From assembly GCA_964493645.1 (NCBI GenBank), contig CAZBPH010000004.1, forward strand, positions 1 through 45,372: a DNA stretch of 45,372 nt. The letters are read 5' to 3'. The notes beneath the pieces were generated by a model. It was not told the DNA's origin, did not search any database, and saw nothing but the letters and a program-made list of their open reading frames with translations. The position numbers and the translations under genes were made by a program. Within the stretch, counting starts at the first letter, position 1. Every line of letters starts with the position of its first letter. This DNA comes from an uncultured Heliobacteriaceae bacterium. Lineage in GTDB: Bacteria; Acidobacteriota; Blastocatellia; RBC074. Positions 41,110-45,372 of the stretch are shown here, one piece after another.

Positions 41110-43217
41110 ATCAGATCGTCTCAAAAGATACGATTGCCGGCCTCCAATCAGCGCCGCCTTTGCTTGCGCGTATTTTCCCGAATCAGGAATGGGCGCTGAT
41201 CATCGTGCTGCTGGTTGAATGTGCGATCTTCAGCGCGCTGGGAACCAATTTTCTGACTGCCGGCAACGGATTCGAGATAGTGCGGTTGAGCGTTGAAATC
41301 GGATTGCTGGCCCTGGCCCTCACCCCTGTTATCATTACAGGAGGAATCGATCTGTCAGTCGGCTCGATGATGGGGCTCTCCGCTGTTGTCCTTGGAGGTC
41401 TCTGGCACGATGCCGGCTGGCCTTTGCCATTGGCGGTGCTTGCCGCGCTCATATTGGGTCTGACCGGCGGTGGCCTGAACGCATTGTTGATTGCGCGTTT
41501 GAAATTGCCGCCATTGATCGTTACCCTCGGCACTTTTTCGCTTTATCGAGGCCTGGCCGAAGGATTGACACGGGGGCTTGAAACTTATCGTGGGTTTCCG
41601 TCCGAGTTTCTGTTTCTTGGCCAGGGTTACATCGGCGGAATTATTCCCCCGCAATTATTCGTGCTCGTGCTGACGATCATCGGAGTATGGTGGTTGCTGC
41701 ATCGAAGTATTTATGGACGCAGCCTGTATGCCGCGGGTTATTCGTCCGAAGGGGCTGTATTTGCCGGGATTCCCGTCGGGCGGCGACTCACCTGGGTGTA
41801 TGTGATGTCGGGGTTTGTCGCCAGCGCTGCCGCTGTCATTTATGTTGCGCACCTTGGGCAGGCTAAATCGGACGCTGGCACCGGATATGAATTGATGGCG
41901 ATAACCGCCGTCGTACTGGGCGGAACCTCGATCTACGGTGGCCGAGGCACTTTGCTCGGAACAGTCCTTGGATTGTTTGCAGTCGTGATCTTGCAAAACG
42001 GATTACGACTCAGCGGACAACCGGCTGAACTCGCGGGGATTCTGACGGGGGGATTGCTGCTGACAACTATCATCATAGATCGTTATGCTCATCGTCGTGC
42101 GGCGCGCCCATTATCAAAAGTAACTCAATCCATAGTTGACGAGGAATTCGAATTGAAAAATTCACAAGTCGCCATTCTGAGCGCTGTTATCCTGACTGCT
42201 GCCCTGATTGTTGCCGGCAGCAACTGGGCGCTGATTCGTTCGTTGCAACTGAATGCGAGTAGTCTTCCCGCCAAATCTGCGAACGGCACTGCTGCATCGC
42301 CGGACGAAAAGAGTAGACTCGTGATTGCTGTCATGCCCAAAGCGAAAGGCGATCCGTATTTCGCAAGCTGCCGTCAGGGAGCCGAGGAGGCAGCGACTGA
42401 ACTGGGCGTCGAACTTCTCTGGGACGGCCCGACCGACCTGGATCCGGCAAAGCAGAACGAACTGGTTGAAGCGTGGATCACTCGAGGAGTGGATGCCATT
42501 GCTGTCAGCGTCAGCAACAAAGAAGGCATATCGACCGTTTTACGAAAAGCGCGCGAGAAAGGCATCAAAGTGCTGACCTGGGACGCCGATGCCGAAAAAG
42601 ATGCGCGGGATTTTCTTGTCAATCAGGCTACGCCACAGGGAATAGGCTATACGCTGACCGATGAAGCCGCTCGCATCCTCAACGGATCAGGGGAATTCGC
42701 GATCATTACAGGCAGTTTGAGTGCCGACAATCAGAATGAATGGATCAGGCACATCAGAGCACGTCTGGCTGAAAAGTATCCGAAGTTGAAGCTGGCAGGG
42801 ATTCAACCGAGCGATGACGATCGCGACCGCGCATTCATCGAAGCGCAGAATATCATGAAGACTAAACCGAACGTTAAACTGATTATGGGCATCTCGGCTC
42901 CGGCCGTGCCCGGCGCCGCAGAAGCAGTCAAACAATCCGGACGGCAGGATGTCAAAGTGATGGGGCTTTCTTTGCCCAATTTGTGTAAATCCTATGTTCA
43001 TGACGGCGTCATTGAAAGCGTCATCCTCTGGAATACGATCGATCTTGGATACCTCGTCGTCCACGCCTCGAAAGCAGTCAAGGAGGGCACCCTTAAACAG
43101 GGAATGACTGAAATGTTTGCCGGTCGCAAAGGCAGAGTCGTTGTTCAAAACGATGAAATTATTCTTGGCGCCCCTTTTATTTTCAATAAACGTAATATCG
43201 ACGGGTTCAATTTCTGA
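41106..43217 (+). CDS. Sugar ABC transporter permease fused, through an extra TM helix, to an LsrB/RhaS-family periplasmic substrate-binding domain
   Basis: 703 aa. Residues 1 to about 331 form a permease (GGIDLSVGS, GGTSIYGGRGTLLGT). Residues 355-377 (VAILSAVILTAALIVAGSNWALI) form an extra TM helix or former signal peptide. Residues about 404-703 (RLVIAVMPKAKGDPYFASCRQGAEEAATELGVELLWDGPTD...GIKVLTWDADAE...LVNQATPQGIG) closely follow the LsrB/rhamnose-binding-protein pattern. Confidence 0.8.
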   Translation: MNQIVSKDTIAGLQSAPPLLARIFPNQEWALIIVLLVECAIFSALGTNFLTAGNGFEIVRLSVEIGLLALALTPVIITGGIDLSVGSMMGLSAVVLGGLWHDAGWPLPLAVLAALILGLTGGGLNALLIARLKLPPLIVTLGTFSLYRGLAEGLTRGLETYRGFPSEFLFLGQGYIGGIIPPQLFVLVLTIIGVWWLLHRSIYGRSLYAAGYSSEGAVFAGIPVGRRLTWVYVMSGFVASAAAVIYVAHLGQAKSDAGTGYELMAITAVVLGGTSIYGGRGTLLGTVLGLFAVVILQNGLRLSGQPAELAGILTGGLLLTTIIIDRYAHRRAARPLSKVTQSIVDEEFELKNSQVAILSAVILTAALIVAGSNWALIRSLQLNASSLPAKSANGTAASPDEKSRLVIAVMPKAKGDPYFASCRQGAEEAATELGVELLWDGPTDLDPAKQNELVEAWITRGVDAIAVSVSNKEGISTVLRKAREKGIKVLTWDADAEKDARDFLVNQATPQGIGYTLTDEAARILNGSGEFAIITGSLSADNQNEWIRHIRARLAEKYPKLKLAGIQPSDDDRDRAFIEAQNIMKTKPNVKLIMGISAPAVPGAAEAVKQSGRQDVKVMGLSLPNLCKSYVHDGVIESVILWNTIDLGYLVVHASKAVKEGTLKQGMTEMFAGRKGRVVVQNDEIILGAPFIFNKRNIDGFNF
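42141..42155 (+). promoter_or_regulatory. In-frame internal Shine-Dalgarno + TTG start candidate just upstream of the binding-protein signal-peptide-like helix
   Basis: GAGGA (42141-42145), a 7-nt spacer, then TTG (42153-42155). Translation from here would give (M)KNSQVAILSAVILTAALIVAGSNWA..., a normal signal peptide followed by the binding protein. Confidence 0.3.
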
Positions 43218-43234
43218 ATATTTACGGAGCAATC

Positions 43235-45372
<2,138 letters not shown>

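Overview
This 45.4-kb window is a gene-dense chromosomal segment with 32 CDSs that I can support, two of them truncated by the window edges. I found no rRNA, tRNA, CRISPR array, transposase or integrase. The gene content points to Acidobacteriota or a related soil or aquatic lineage. The evidence is a CarboxypepD_reg-type TonB-dependent receptor without SusD, a TPR + CRTAC1/ASPIC-UnbV pair, and a PSCyt/DUF1549/DUF1553 + DUF1501 pair. This is an inference from family content, not a search result. Bases 1-8144 carry an exported FAD oxidase, a four-gene secreted-protein + Ser/Thr kinase operon, a membrane-protein/XRE pair and a DUF3224-esterase fusion. From 8478 to the end, 23 consecutive plus-strand genes form a very tight array, and many junctions overlap as ATGA, GTGA or TAATG. 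The array holds a GH3 glycosidase, a hybrid IclR-HTH/sugar-binding regulator, a TonB-dependent receptor, TPR and CRTAC1 proteins, and a GH106-like (rhamnosidase-family) hydrolase. It continues with PSCyt/DUF1553 and DUF1501 genes, two tandem PQQ-like propellers, a cytochrome c fused to a ComEA-type HhH domain, and an SGNH-fold protein lacking its catalytic Ser and His. Next come a Gfo/Idh/MocA oxidoreductase, a DUF1080 protein, a di-haem peroxidase + cupredoxin-like lipoprotein + YVTN propeller trio, and a cupin + TIM-barrel pair. It ends with a CUT2-type sugar ABC transporter, whose second permease is fused to an LsrB/RhaS-family binding protein, and a bifunctional rhamnulose-1-phosphate aldolase/dehydrogenase. 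That last gene is missing from the ORF track because it runs off the window. The best candidates for an undescribed system are three. The first is the haem/propeller block at 22130-31394. The second is the MauG-like/amicyanin-like/propeller trio at 33362-36269. The third is the kinase-associated secreted-protein operon at 1730-5739. All family calls come from motifs I recognise by eye. No database search was run.
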